NCBI RefSeq assembly: GCF_032191835.1
Contig: NC_083225.1
Location: forward strand, 49,352,001-49,416,000
DNA: 64,000 nt
Source: Heteronotia binoei
Taxonomy: Eukaryota
Direction: 5' to 3'
The position numbers were made by a program, and so were the translations under genes. The notes beneath the pieces are model-generated. The model was not told where the DNA came from and made no database searches. It saw only the letters and a program-made list of their open reading frames with translations. This document shows, one piece after another, positions 1 to 13,112 of this stretch. Position 1 is the stretch's first letter; each line of letters begins with the position of its first letter.

Positions 1-1331
1 GCCACATGGGAAGGGCAGGGCAGGGCAGGGCATACACCCATATGAAGGAAAGGAGTGCAAAGATTAAAGGATTCTGTTCTCCCTGGCAGATACCCATGTT
101 AGCTAACACTAAATTTGTAGCCTGGCAGAAGCATCAGCTTTCATCATATATTTCCAGGTTCTCATTATAAAGCTTTCTAGAGCCTGTGAAAGTCTTTTCT
201 ATTCTTTTGCCCATGTATGTAGGATTAATTGCCAAGTGCCAATTTTAGCCAAATATGAGAACTGCTTACATCAGTGTTCAACAATGTTTTTGAAAGGATC
301 TCAGGGAAGCTATTTTGTCCTGTGCTTGGGGATCACTGCTTCAGTGTAAGACCACAAACCATATAGACTAATAGGCATGAAACCATTTTGACGGTTGTGC
401 TACTCTCTCTCATCCACAGATCTCAACACAAAACTCACCTACAGCTAAAAGGAAGGCTCCCACACTATTATTCTATAGAGTGTGCAAAACAGGACTGTTC
501 AGAAGGGTGTTTTTATAAAGGGAATAGCGTTCTGGTTCTTAAGTCAAGCAGAAATGTTCTGGATCATTTTATTGTATTGTTTGTTTTTAATATCTGTAAT
601 TTGCCTTAAGTCTTTGCAGGAAAGATGGACTATAAATGAAGTAAGTAAGTAAATGAACAAACTAGCTAACAAACAGCCCCCTATGCTGGATCCATCAGCT
701 TGGCATTAAAAAATGTTGGGTGTCTCTATGGCCATATATGTTTGTGTGTAATGATTTGATGGCATTTGCAAAATTATACATTTGCAAAGGGTACAGGGCT
801 TCTTCTATAACATGCCAACATTACATCATTCATAAATCCTGAAAATAAGGGCTCGTGAGAGAAGCCATGTCAAATCTTTCTATAGAACTGAATAATGAAA
901 TCCCCTCAAGATGGCTACACCAGAATAAGGGATATACAGATACACTGCAGAAAAGCAACACATTGCCTATAAGGCACCATGCAAGACTCAATTTGTCTTA
1001 ATTAAGGTCTGATGTGTTCCATACTTTCTTCTAAGGCACCCACCAAGAGAATTTTGCTTGGGTTTGATTCCACTGGATGTAAGATCACAAACGTGATCTC
1101 TTAGGAATCTAAGCCACAGTTCACCATAAGAACACAAGAAGAGCCCTGCTGGATCAGAGCAGTGATCCACCACCTTGTCTCATACACTGGCCAACCATTT
1201 CCTCTGAAGGTCCAATAACAGGCCATACATGCTGAGACCTTCCCCTGATCTAGTTTAGGTGACTGCCAAAGCCCATGACTAAGCTAATTTTAAGTGGTTT
1301 GTTCCTTATGTTGAATTTATCCACAGTTTAC

Positions 1332-1685
1332 CTGTACTGGAGCACTGGATGAGAGATGAGCCACATCTCCAATTCTGGCAGCAGCACGGGGGTCGCTCGA
1401 GCTTATCAGGACAGGGGCGCTAATCTCCATGGAATGCCTGTTATTCAAGGCCTGGGAGGATTTGTGTGTCATACTGAGAGCCGTGAAGGAGTGGCGCTTC
1501 TTGGTGTTCTTCTTGCCATCAATATGCCGCTGAATGGCACTGACTGCTCCGGCACTGTTCAGGGTACAGCAATGGGCTGTATTTACTGCCAGGTTAATGT
1601 CAGCAGGCAAAGGGACATCACTGCCAGATGCAGCAGCTAGATTGGTCTTGTCCGTCTCTATAAGCTGTTTAGCTGATTCGTTGAG
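1332..1685 (-). CDS. SH3RF3: SH3RF3 coding exon (probably exon 4): linker with [11 protein letters not shown] and [17 protein letters not shown] motifs
   Basis: 354 bp, [13 protein letters not shown]...[16 protein letters not shown]...[37 protein letters not shown]. Acceptor ttttttcaatag|CTC, donor CAG|gtaaac. Confidence 0.93.
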
Positions 1686-4600
1686 CTATTGAAAAAAAAA
1701 TAAAAAAGAAGGGAAGAAGTGGGCATTACAGCGCTGTTATGTCTTCCTAGAGTTTACATTCTATGCTCAGATGACAACTACAGCATCTTTAGCAACACAG
1801 TCTTAAGAAGATTGCTAGGCCAATCTTCCTTGCGCTGAATATTTCACAGACTTGCAGAGCAGAGGACTGAACTGTACTAAGACTGAACATAAATGCTTTT
1901 TTGTGTTATAACTTGGATACCTAGAATGGGCAACTGCACAAAGTTAAGGCATGAAACTTATTCCTTGATAACTCTGTGAAGAGTGTTAAACCTCACTGAG
2001 AATTCAGGGACCCTCCAAAAGAGTCACATTCCATGCATTATTTGTTCATTCTTGAAGACCTATAATGCAAACTTGAAAGAGACACTAGAAATGAAGAGTT
2101 GTTACTTCTGTGCAGTGCTCCAGTTAAAATTCTACAGTTTCACACATCACAAATATTCGATATTCACTAATGCAAGCCCTAAAATCAACAGAAAGTAATC
2201 TTTCTAACATTGAATGGTGAACAGAACAATATTTTAAAGTTTCCTATTATTATAAGCAATTGAAGCACAAAGCAGAGAGCACTACACAATTCAAAAATGT
2301 TTGGAGCAAGAGTGGCTTGTGTCTTGTGTGACTTTTTGCAGATACATGCATAGGAAAAGTACAACATAACTTCAGGCATGAGTAGATGCCATTGGTCCCT
2401 TTGCAGAACTGTAAATGTTGTTTGGCATACCCCTAATAATGGTTATTGGCCCTCCTCCCTGGGTTTCAGTTTGTGTGTTCATGTGTTGATATGTTTTACT
2501 GAATTATTTCATATATTATTTTAAATGCTTTCAAATGTACAAATGTTTTAATGTCTTCATGTCTGCCACTTTGGGGGCCCTGTTCGTGTGGAAAGGTGGC
2601 ATAAATTGTTTTAAATAAATAAAGAGTGAGACCAACAAGTAGCATGGACTTCGCAGTCTCAGACTGGATGCAGACAACAGGGTGCAGAATCTCTAACAAG
2701 AGGAAAAGCAAGTCTGCAAAAAGTCCCATAAAGCAAGCCATTCAAATGGCAGCCTAGGGTCAAGTACAAATATGCTGAGTGCTTTCTTTCTTCCTAGTAC
2801 CTTATGGATCCACACAACTGATGCACCTGTGAGGTCTCCATGCTGCTGGCTTCCAAATGTGAGCATAGGGGTGCCCTGGCTTAGGAATACTTGTGGTTTT
2901 CTAGTTAATTTCTGAATATCTGCTGTATGACATCACATGGGGCACTGGAAGGGCTCATGCTTGTTCATGCCATTAGAGTATATCTGCATTCTTACAAACC
3001 CATCCTCCAATGGTTTTTGGTCCACATTAGGGTTAACACTTCCACGACTGGCAAAGACATGGAGACCCTATCCCCCATGGCACCCTGACCCATAGCCCCT
3101 GCATCTCCAAACTTCTCATACCTGCTCATCAAAAGTACATATTCCCTCCTGTCTAAACAAAGAGTCCTCTGTCCTCCTTTTTTCATAGAACTTTTCTTTA
3201 TCTTCTCTCTACCACTTATTTTTTTTCCAGAATGTGGTCTACTTTTCAGGACCCTATCCACTTCCTTAAATCCCCTCCTCAATTCTTGAATTGCCTCTTT
3301 AACACTTCTCTCCCCTTACTGTCAACAGCATCCACACCAACCTAATTTTGTTTCTCAAGTTATGACTCATCTTTGCCCCAGTTTCCTACTTTTTCTACCC
3401 ATTTCTTCACTCTTTCTATAAAAACATGACTTCGTATGTTAACCAAAAGAAAACCTATAATGCAAACTTGAAAGCCAACCATGGTCTGTGCACTCTCCAG
3501 GAAGAACAGCATGTTGAGAACCACTGAAAGTCAGTTAAGCAGCCAGGGGACAGAAGAAGACCGGAAAATTCTGAAGTTCTGAAATGTATGGGAAGAGATT
3601 TCCAAATTGTTTACACACTCTAGGGTTGCCAGTCTCCTAGTGAGAGCAAGGGAGCCCCTTCCCTTATACGTTCTTGCCAGCTTGAGAAAATCCTGCCCCC
3701 AAATAACATTTTTGGGTCTACTTCTGGTTCCAGACCTACTTCTGGTGGGGGGGAGTTCTGTTTTGGGGGCAAAACTCTATAGTTTGAAGCCGAATATAAC
3801 ATAGAGTTTAGCCCAAGAACCAGAATATTGCCCGTCTGGAAGTAGGCTCCAAAATGCCCAACGCCACCTCTGGTCACCAAGAAAGATGTTGGGAGACCCC
3901 CATATGCTTGGTAAGTTGACCTGGAACCTAACACACTCCCCCTCATGATTCCTATTGCCCCCTGAGCTTGTTCCACTCATAACTATTCTCTCCTGTAGGG
4001 TAATTGGCACAGGGGCAAATTACATGATACAACCCAACTTACTTTTCCTGCAGCCAAGCAGCAGCCATGGGGAACTTCTTACACAAGCAGTGAAGAGCCT
4101 ATTTGCATCGGGACCACAATGCTGTGGAGAAATGAGTTCCAGCCCCTCCTCCCACATTTTCATGAGCCAAAACAGCTCTAAGGGGATTTATTTGCTACCT
4201 TGGGGAATTGCATGTGCACCGAATACTGCAAATGTCTGAATTGGACCCTGTGGCACTTAGGTAAGTTTCCCACAACTGCCATATGACTGCAGGGAAAGCA
4301 AGTTGGATCAGGGGAACACCAATCCAAGTCACAGCCAAACAAATGTATAATGTAGTTTGGCCCACAGTCAGTGACTGCTCATTTTGTAGAACAGCCTTTG
4401 TGAAGTTCCAGTTTGTTGAGATTCCACATGCTGTGCAAGGCAGAATTACTCCAGAGGGATTTTAACACTGGAACCTGATTTTTAATATTTTTTTTTTTGT
4501 GTAAATTTTGTTATTTTAATTGTATATTGTTTTTATTACCTTGGCCTTGATTTCAGGTTTCAGAGAAAGATAGTCTAAAAAAATGCTATAAATACATAAA

Positions 4601-4957
4601 TATTTGTTAGTATTTTTTTTTAATTAAAAACCTACTTAAATAGTCTAATGATGCGTGAACCATGTCCTTAAAACACTGACCGTAAGGAATATGTATAAAA
4701 GAATCTGCTAATGTAGAAACAATGAGCCTTTGCCAGAGCAACTCTTGCCATTGATTTGCTTTCTTGTTAGATGCTGAAGCTTCTGGCTTTTGCGATAAGG
4801 ATGGCTGTAGACTTAGTATGGCGGAGCACAGTGGGACTGGATGGGCAGCAAAAGCCCAACAGAAGCCACAAATGCAGCTCACTGGGCCAGACAGACCACT
4901 CCCAGCATCCACTCTCCAAAGAAGAGGATGTCTTCAGTTTGAAAAGGGAAGAGAATA

Positions 4958-5226
4958 GGAGGATATTGGATTTATTCCCTGACCTTCACTCATAGTCTCA
5001 GAATGGCTTACAATTTCCTTCCTTTCCTCTCCCCACAACAGACACCCTATGAGGTAGGCGAGGCTGAGAGAGCTATTTTGAGAACTGCTCTTGAGAGAAC
5101 TGCTCTGAGAGAACTTGTGACTGACCCAAGGTCACACCAGCAGCTGCATGCAGAGGAGTAGGGAATCAAACCAGGTCCTCTCAATTAGAGTTCACCACTC
5201 TTAACCACTACACCAAACTGGCTCTC
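4958..5226 (-). mobile_element. Squam3-type tRNA-derived SINE
   Basis: Same head (gagagccagtttggtgtagtggttaag) and body as 37318-37587. Confidence 0.8.
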
Positions 5227-6070
5227 AGTGCTTGTCAGTCTCCTCCCCTCTCTGTGCAGCCTCAAACAAGATGGCTAGCAATACACCATCAAAAAGCCAA
5301 GAGGAGAAAAGAAAATGTGCTGTGTTGACAGAAACCCAGACATCAAAGATAATTGGATGCTCTGAAAGAAGAGAAAGCCACAGCCAACTGATGTGTGAGT
5401 CTGACATAGGTTCATCAACTATCTGCACTATTAAGTACTATTAACTGGCAACCCCCCATTCCCCATGATTGCCAGATAACAAAGCTCTTAATGAATTTAT
5501 TTATTTATGCATTTAAAGTCTGTAATGTCCAAGTGTGATGTCCTTTACATTTTCCATTGCTGGGGTGGGGGTGTGTGTCATTTTCTGTTCGGAATCTCAG
5601 TTAAGCAAAGAAGCATTACATTTTGTTCTTTCTCTGGGGCTGACTTCTTGATTCATTAGGCTGCATATATTCCACTCTGTTGACTAAAGGTCAACAAGAA
5701 GCTGATGGGGTGTTATGCCAGATATTCAAGAAAACACAATTAGTATTTTTGTACTACTTTTCATGTTTCTATAGTAACAGCTGTAAATGATGAAAATAAA
5801 ATATATGGTTGCATTAAATCAAATAGAGGCACAAACCAAAATATCATGTTCCTTTAAGATCTATTAAGGTGGGAATAGGAGGAATAATAGCTAATTAAAT
5901 GGAAGATTTAGAGGAACTCATCACTGTGGTCAAATATTTAGGTGCCTCCACACTCAACAGAGAAAATATAGAAATAATGATTAATATTTTTCATAACATT
6001 ACTATAAAAATCAAAAGTATCTGTACAGAAGGATAAGCAATGTTGATACTATGCAGTTAGAATGAAAAAG

Positions 6071-6205
6071 GTCTCTACAGAGGTTAAGCCAAAGGTTAAG
6101 ATTGGAATCTCAGTCAAGCAGCAGTTCACAGAAGAGGAAATCTACAAGGAAAGAGATAGTCAAATAGCAGCTATCGAGAAGACCTTTGAGGACGCTCAGA
6201 AGTCG
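6071..6205 (+). pseudogene. PAF1: Isolated PAF1 fragment (one exon plus the end of the preceding exon), followed by a GT donor and intron-like sequence
   Basis: [40 protein letters not shown] versus recalled human [40 protein letters not shown]. Ends TCG|gtgagc. I saw no other PAF1 exons nearby. Confidence 0.85.
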
Positions 6206-6438
6206 GTGAGCCAACCTCCCCCGGGGAACTTGCTGGGGTGTCGATAACAGGCTGGATTTAAGGCTTCAAAAGAGGACTTGGTGTAGGGGAAAATGTCCCA
6301 GCCACAAGGAGCAAAGTTGCGTTTGGAAACAGAATGGTTTCTTTAAACACTTTCTTTGAACTCTTCCCCCCCCCCCCCAAAAAAAAAACCCTGGTGCCCT
6401 CCAGTTCCTCATAATGCCTAATTTTGTCTTGAAACATT

Positions 6439-6932
6439 GACTGAGGGGTGACATGATAGAGGGACTGAGGGGAGACAAGATAGAGGTTTACAAGATTGTG
6501 CATAGGATAGAGAAAGCAGAGGAAAAAATCCTTTTCTCCCTTTCTCACAATATGAGAACTCGTGAGCACTCAGTGAAATTGCTAAGCAATTGGGTTAGAA
6601 TGGATAAAAGGGTGATTAACACATGGAATTCACTGCCACAGGAGATGGTGGCAGCTGCAAGCATAGACAGCTTCAAGAGGGGATTGGAGAAGCATATGGA
6701 GCAGAGGTCCATCTATTAGTGACAGCGTGTTGGAACTCTCTGTCTAGGGCAAGTGATTCTCTGTATTCTTGGTGCTTGGGGGGGCACAGTGGGAGGGCTT
6801 CTAGTATCCTGGCCCCACTGGTGGACCTCCTGATGGCATCTGGGGTTTTTTGGCCACTGTGTGACACAGAATGTTGGACTGGGTGGGCCATTGGCCCAGT
6901 CCAGCATGGCTTCTCTCATATTCTTATGTTCT
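6439..6932 (+). mobile_element. CR1 LINE 3' fragment
   Basis: Degraded ORF2 C-terminus (LRGDKIEVYKI...WNSLPQEMVAAASIDSFKRGL), CR1-type 3' UTR and ttcttatgttct tail. Confidence 0.85.
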
Positions 6933-8163
6933 ACAATTTTCTGTCTCATGAGGTGTATGTAATCTGTATTACTATGGCTGAGTTCATAACTGTAACAATA
7001 ATTCATATTGTCTTTATTTATTAAAGGTGTTGTACACTCTGTCCAAGAGCCTCAGGGCAGGATACCTGGGATTTTCTAGTGTGATCCTTATAACACTGAT
7101 AAAAGGTAGGCTAGGATTTGTTCTAAACAGCATTACATCTTTCTAGCCTCACTGAAGCCTAAGAAGAAGTTTAGCTAGTACATCATACTTGATTGCAACA
7201 CATCTCTTTACATCTGATTTTACATTGTGCTTTTTACATCTGATTTTTTGTCCTCACTGATTAGAATTTTTATTCCATTTTTACTCATTAGAAGAACATG
7301 TTATCAAGTAATAGGATGCTATAGGATTCAGTAGCCATAAAATACCCACTAATGTGCAGGGAGACTCTCTGTTAAACTTCCTAATACTCTAGGACAATCT
7401 GCTAATGATTTATCTATGGGAACTAATGATGAGAGATGTTCTCCTTACATCTGGGAATCTCTCTCCAGCCTTAGAGAATAAAAAACATTTGAATTTGAGT
7501 AGGTAGCAGCTTCCATTAAGAGATATGAAGGCCTGGAAAGAAATGTAAACATTCAGAAATAAACTGACCCTGTATTTTTCAAAGACCCCATCTTTTCTGA
7601 TGGAAAAACAGAAATTTGGAGGAGCACTTGCTTATGTTTCCGAATGAATTGTCTGTTTCTGAAGACAAGGTTTTATCCACTCACAGTGTATAGCATGATT
7701 TTTTAAAAATATATATAAAACAGATTTCAGCAATAGAGAATAACAATTCCTATGTATACTGTAGACATATACAATGTACTTTCAAGAGTGTCCATTGTGA
7801 ATACCTTTGTAACAATATGCCAATACATAAGCAAATGCAGATGAGCAAAAGCATTATAAAGCATTCTTAAACAAAACCAGAAGCTCAGCAGCACCTCAAA
7901 GATCCCCCCGCCACCAAAAAAAGAAAGATTATTCCAGCATAAGGTTTAAGGAGTCAGAATTCATGGTCAGTGTAAATTCATCAGACCCAAATTAGGGTAC
8001 AGTCCTAACAATGTCTACTTTGCAGTAACACATACTTTTTTCAACAAGGCTTACTCCCAGGAAAGTGTCTTTGTGACATATACACAATAGAAGGAAGGGT
8101 GCCTGAGTTAAAAAGAGAGGTCAGTATAACATAACATCTAATCCAAAGAGTAATCCATTTACT

Positions 8164-8439
8164 CAGGCCTCAGTTTGAGCAGGAGCACACTGGAGTGCTG
8201 CTTCTGAATCTCCAGCAAACCCCACCCCACCCACCCCCTACACCTAGCAGGCCTTGCAAGCCACAGGCTCTCTGGGCCAGCAGCAGGCATTTCATAGGTG
8301 GGAGGGGCTGCCTAGGAGTCCCCGGGAAGAGAAGCCTCCAGCCAGGGTCTGCATGCAGTGGGGAGTGACCCCATGATAGCAGGGTGTGTGGCATATGCAA
8401 ATGAGCTCCTGCACCTCTTTTACTACAAAATGACCCCTG
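8164..8439. mobile_element. hAT MITE
   Basis: Perfect 8-bp TSD catttact; CAGG...CCTG ends. Confidence 0.8.
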
Positions 8440-11400
8440 CATTTACTCAATATGTGTGAAATATTAATGAGTTCAGAGTTTTTGATGTAATGAAGTCTAA
8501 CATGATTTCCAAACATACTGGTAGTCCTACTATGGTTATATGAGACTGTTTCTAGCCAAACAATACACTTTATTTTGTTCACTGACTTTTTTCTCTTTGG
8601 TTTTTTTCAGTCTTCAGTTTTTTTCAGCCAAAGACTGTTTCAGCCAAAGCAGAGGTGCATCAACTAGCAGCTTTCTCTCAAGTATTAGGTATATTTGCCA
8701 TTTATTCTGTAGAAAACTTAACAATGCAATCCTAAACATCTAAGCCCACTAGTTTCAATGGACTTAGAAGGGTTAACTCTGCTTAGGATTGCACTGCAAG
8801 GTGTTCTACTTTTAAATTCTGTAAGTATGCCAACTAGTAACATTTTGTATGTTAAGGTACAAATTATGTAGTTCATGTTGTTACAGCAGTAAAATAAGTT
8901 TTGGTTTGAAAGGAAACTAAATAGTGCATATTTAATTTCCAGTCAGTTCACATTTCTGCTTCATCCCATAGGGAATGGGCAGAGAAATGCTTCAGAGCAA
9001 GTTTTTGCGGTTTGGATTTGGGAAGAGCAAAGCAGAAACAGCCGTGAGCAGACTGAACATAAAGCACCATGGGGGTTTAAGAGTACTGAGATGGGAACCT
9101 GAGGTGCAGTTGACAAGATTTGCTACCTGCCATGAAAGTATTCTTCCACTTCCAATAGGGTCTGCATGGGTATTTGTAAATAAAGCAAATATTACAAAGA
9201 CAGCTTAAATTTCAAGTGCTCTTTTTTATCTGCAGGAAACTAAATTCTGTAATGTTGCCCCTGGAACTTTTCATCACTTGGAGAACTATATAAACATGAC
9301 TTGTTTTTGCTCATCTGCATTTGCTTATGTATGCAAAGTACATAGTATGTATGCAAACTACTTTAATTACTTAGCAGTGCCAAATGCTCTGCCGATATAA
9401 CCAGTGAAGAGAAATTACCCCAAACAGGGGGCTTTTTTGTGATCCTATTCCATCAACACATGAACAGGTCAATGTGCATACAGGTAAGACAGAGGACCAG
9501 GAAGCTACAAACAGAAATCCAAATTAAACAAACAACACATCAAAAACATTGGCCAGCATTGCATTCTCGTTTAAGAAAATATGGGCTTTTATGTTGATGA
9601 ACAAGATAAACAACAGACCTACAACTCTCTCAGCTTATTTAATTGGTTTTTTCTTATTGAATTTATATCCCATAACTGTTTAATTTCTCATCCCCTATTG
9701 ATGTTCTGCTCTTATTACAAACCTTTATTTTTGGTTTAAATGTACTGTATCTACCCCTCGACCTATATCTACATACGTTGCTTACCTGATGCTTTTATAT
9801 TAGGATAAGATTTGCTTTTTTTCTTTTTGTATTCTGTCTATATTGCATTACATTGCATATTTTCTCCATTACTCTTTCTGCTTTACAGTTTGATATGACA
9901 TTATATGCTTCTGCTTTTTTCAATAAAGTGTTTTGTTATTTTTTTTAGACAGAAAACACTGGCCAGCAATCAAAGAACTGCAAAACTAGCTCAGAGAACC
10001 CAAGAGGCATCAGACTTACTGTTCTGAACAGCAGGCTCCCATGCTATGTATCAAACTGCTTTTGAAAATGGTGAGGAATGAGGAGTCAGCTCTTCAGAAA
10101 AAGTCAAAATTTCACTGGGCTTGTGGAAGCCTAAACAACACTCTGAATCCTAGCCTTTGTTTTGATCTACAGTGTCCAAGATTTCTCCTACAGGGAAATT
10201 AATTAGGAAAGAGTAAGTCTTTGTGAGAATCTTTTTATGTTAAAAGCGCTGTTGGACGGTGAAACAAGTCTCAGTAAAGCTAAATGTTAGACTGCATTGG
10301 AGTTCAATGGAGTACTTTTAACAGCTGGCCTTGTAAACAGCACACGGTGCTTACAGTTAATGCAATTTAATCTATTCAATTTTATCTCTCTAAGCATGTG
10401 AAAGATTTGGCAAACATGCCTATAAACTAAAGAGATAAGCAACATTTTGGAGATGAGTTGGGCTTAGCTGACTTTGTTTATTAAGTGGTTTGGATTCTTT
10501 AATGTTGTCAGGCACATTTAGATTATTATTGTACAACTAGGGGAACCACAGGGTCTCTTGTAAAGGGGATCTAATTTCCATACTGCTGTTCCATTCACTC
10601 ACCCAACCCACTTACCTACCCACCTACCTACCTGAATAGCTTTTTCTGTTCCTTTTTCACTTTTCCCTCTCCCAAGAGCTCCACTCCAATATCCTGTTTC
10701 TGTCCCTGGCAAACACAACCAGTCTGTCTTTTCCTGACATTTTGTTATTTTACCTTCAATTTTTTCTTTGTTCTTATTTGCCCCTCCCTCCTCCTATTTT
10801 AGTCTATCCCTGTCCCCATGCTGACAATATGCAAAGCTTGGAAACTTCAGCAATGTTGATTGGGGGTTGCTGAGCAACCATCAACTGGCTGCCAAGAACT
10901 CACAATGTAGTCTCGCAAGATCTTAGGGGCATTCTCTTCTTAGAAATGCAGACATTGCTTGTGTAACTAGCCCCCAATTTTAAAAACATTTATTTTTCTG
11001 CTAACTTGGAGATTTCCCCAGGATTGTCGACCTCTCCATCTGTACAGGACTCCATAATGCATATTTTCTTATCCACACTCTGGGGGCATTGTTCAGAATT
11101 AGATATATTGATTCAGGTGATGCTTACACTGGTTTCAGAAATACATTCCAACCACATTCCTGCATGTAATGTTTCTATTTCCCAAATAACTGAAATGACA
11201 TTCTCAGGAATTGTACTTCTCACCTTAAAGGATCCTCCTGTCAAAATTTTGTGCAGAAAGGCTATGTTGTTTCTATTCTAGAAACAATGGAAGGCTCAAT
11301 ACATTTCCAGATCTAACTCTCTTCTTGCATCCAATTGGGAAGAAATTCAGCCTCCTTGAAGTGCTGTCAAGTCACAACTGACATAGCAACCCCATAGCAG

Positions 11401-12917
11401 TTTTTAAGGCAAGAGACATCCACAGGTGGTTTATCATTGCCGGCTTCCTCATCATGATCCTGGTATTCCTTGGTAGTCTTTCATTCAAATACTAGCTAGG
11501 ACTGACCCTTGATGGGATACTGCCTTAGCCTTTGCCCTGAACTAATTGCATTTGTTCTCTCATGCGGCCAGGCTAATGCTTGATAGCTACAATGGCTGAG
11601 GCAAAAAGAACCCCTAGTTAGACAAAATGAAAACCCACCTCAAGATAGTGAGCCAGCAAGTTGTCTGGAGAAAAAATTAAGTATTGGAAAACTCACCCTG
11701 GACAATGCTGTTTGGCATGATGACGTGTTAAGTGTTTTGGCTGGCACACATTGTGCTGAGTCATTCTGCCCCTCTCTGCCTCTCCTCTCCGCTTGGAAAT
11801 GAAAACTTGGGGATGTTAAAACCCCAAAACACAGCGCAACCAGAAAACTATCTATATCTGGCTTAGTTAATTAAGTTCTGAAAATCAGCTGAATTTATAT
11901 TTAGTTACTTTCCACAGGTTAATTAATAAGGTTTGTGTAGACTGGACTTTGGTTAATTACTTTCAGAATGCACACCTCCACTATGAATTATATTCTTGTT
12001 TATGAAATGTTTAATGGAAAAGAATATTTTTGCATGTATTAAATTCTATGATCTGTGTGCCAAATGCTTTTTATTGAATGTACACAGTAGACCCTTGCCA
12101 TTGTAGAGAAGATCATGCAGAGGCAGAGGATGGAATGAGTGTGCTCACAGCTGCTCTCCCTCTCCTTGTGTTGTCTGAACACACAGAGGAGAAGAGGGTT
12201 GTGTTCTCAAGACTAACTGTATCACACGATTGGGCAGTGGATCATGAACAAATGAAGTCATGAGCTGCAGATCTGTGAAAGGTGAAGGTCTACTGTATAG
12301 ACTAGTCCAGTAAATTCTTCTATTATCCACAGACGCTATGATGGCACAGTGCTTGTGCTCTCTCTTTATTTCAATGACGGGAACAGACCCACATACACTT
12401 TCCTTTGCGAGCACGGTTTTGCTCCCTTCATCCAATTAACAGGGAAAGCAGTGGCACACAGATCCTTGCCCTGGGAAGAGTACCCTCAGTTTACCTCCAC
12501 TGCCAGAAGAATGATTAATTATATCTCTTGATTAACAGATTTCACTGTGTTATCTGTTACATTTCATACTATTCCTAGGAGAATGCTGCATCTGTTTTAC
12601 TCTAATATGTAATTCTGGACTTTTAAAAAACAACCTTCCCCTCCTTTCAAGCTGTTTGGACAAAGAAAGTTCCAATGGAGATATTATTAGCAGCAAAGGC
12701 TGTCATGAAAAATGAAGTATTACACAACTGATTGTGGCAACTGTCCATTGTTATGGATTTACTAATTTATGGCAGGGCAGGCACAAGCACAGATTTTTCT
12801 AGTTCATCCACCCTGGAGGAAGACAGACTTCTACACTCCCCTTGTATACTTCAGAGCAGATTTCCCCTATGCATATAAAACTATTCATAAAACACTTCAT
12901 ATGCACTAGGGTAGACT

Positions 12918-13112
12918 GACTTGACCTGGATGGCCCAGATTAGCTTGATCTCATCAGATCTCAAGGATGTAGGGTGAGTCCTCGTTAGTACTTGGGGAGC
13001 CACAAAGGAAGTCAGGGTTGCTATGCTGCAGCAGGCAACAGCAAACCACCTCTATTAATCTCCTGCCTCCAAATCACTAAAGGGTCACCATAAGTTGCCT
13101 GCAACTTGACAG
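12918..13112 (+). mobile_element. 5S rRNA-derived SINE (other degraded copies near 11360-11505, 13535-13770, 30512-30680, 55965-56070, 56355-56510)
   Basis: gatctc(a/g)tcagatctc(a)gaagctaagcagggtc...ttagtacttgg resembles 5S boxes A and C, followed by a non-5S body. Confidence 0.7.

Noticed and set aside
2992-3282. 96-aa Lys-rich ORF and the many other 60-160-aa track ORFs
   Set aside because: No recognisable domains or splice signals. Most overlap repeats or are antisense shadows of real ORFs, and many use GTG/TTG starts.
5150-5226. tRNA genes (also 37510-37587, 40290-40359, 55922-55957)
   Set aside because: tRNA-like heads continue into SINE bodies and do not form full cloverleafs.
6062-6247. 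Functional PAF1 gene nested in SH3RF3
   Set aside because: Only one exon-equivalent is present, with no acceptor before it and no neighbouring exons.
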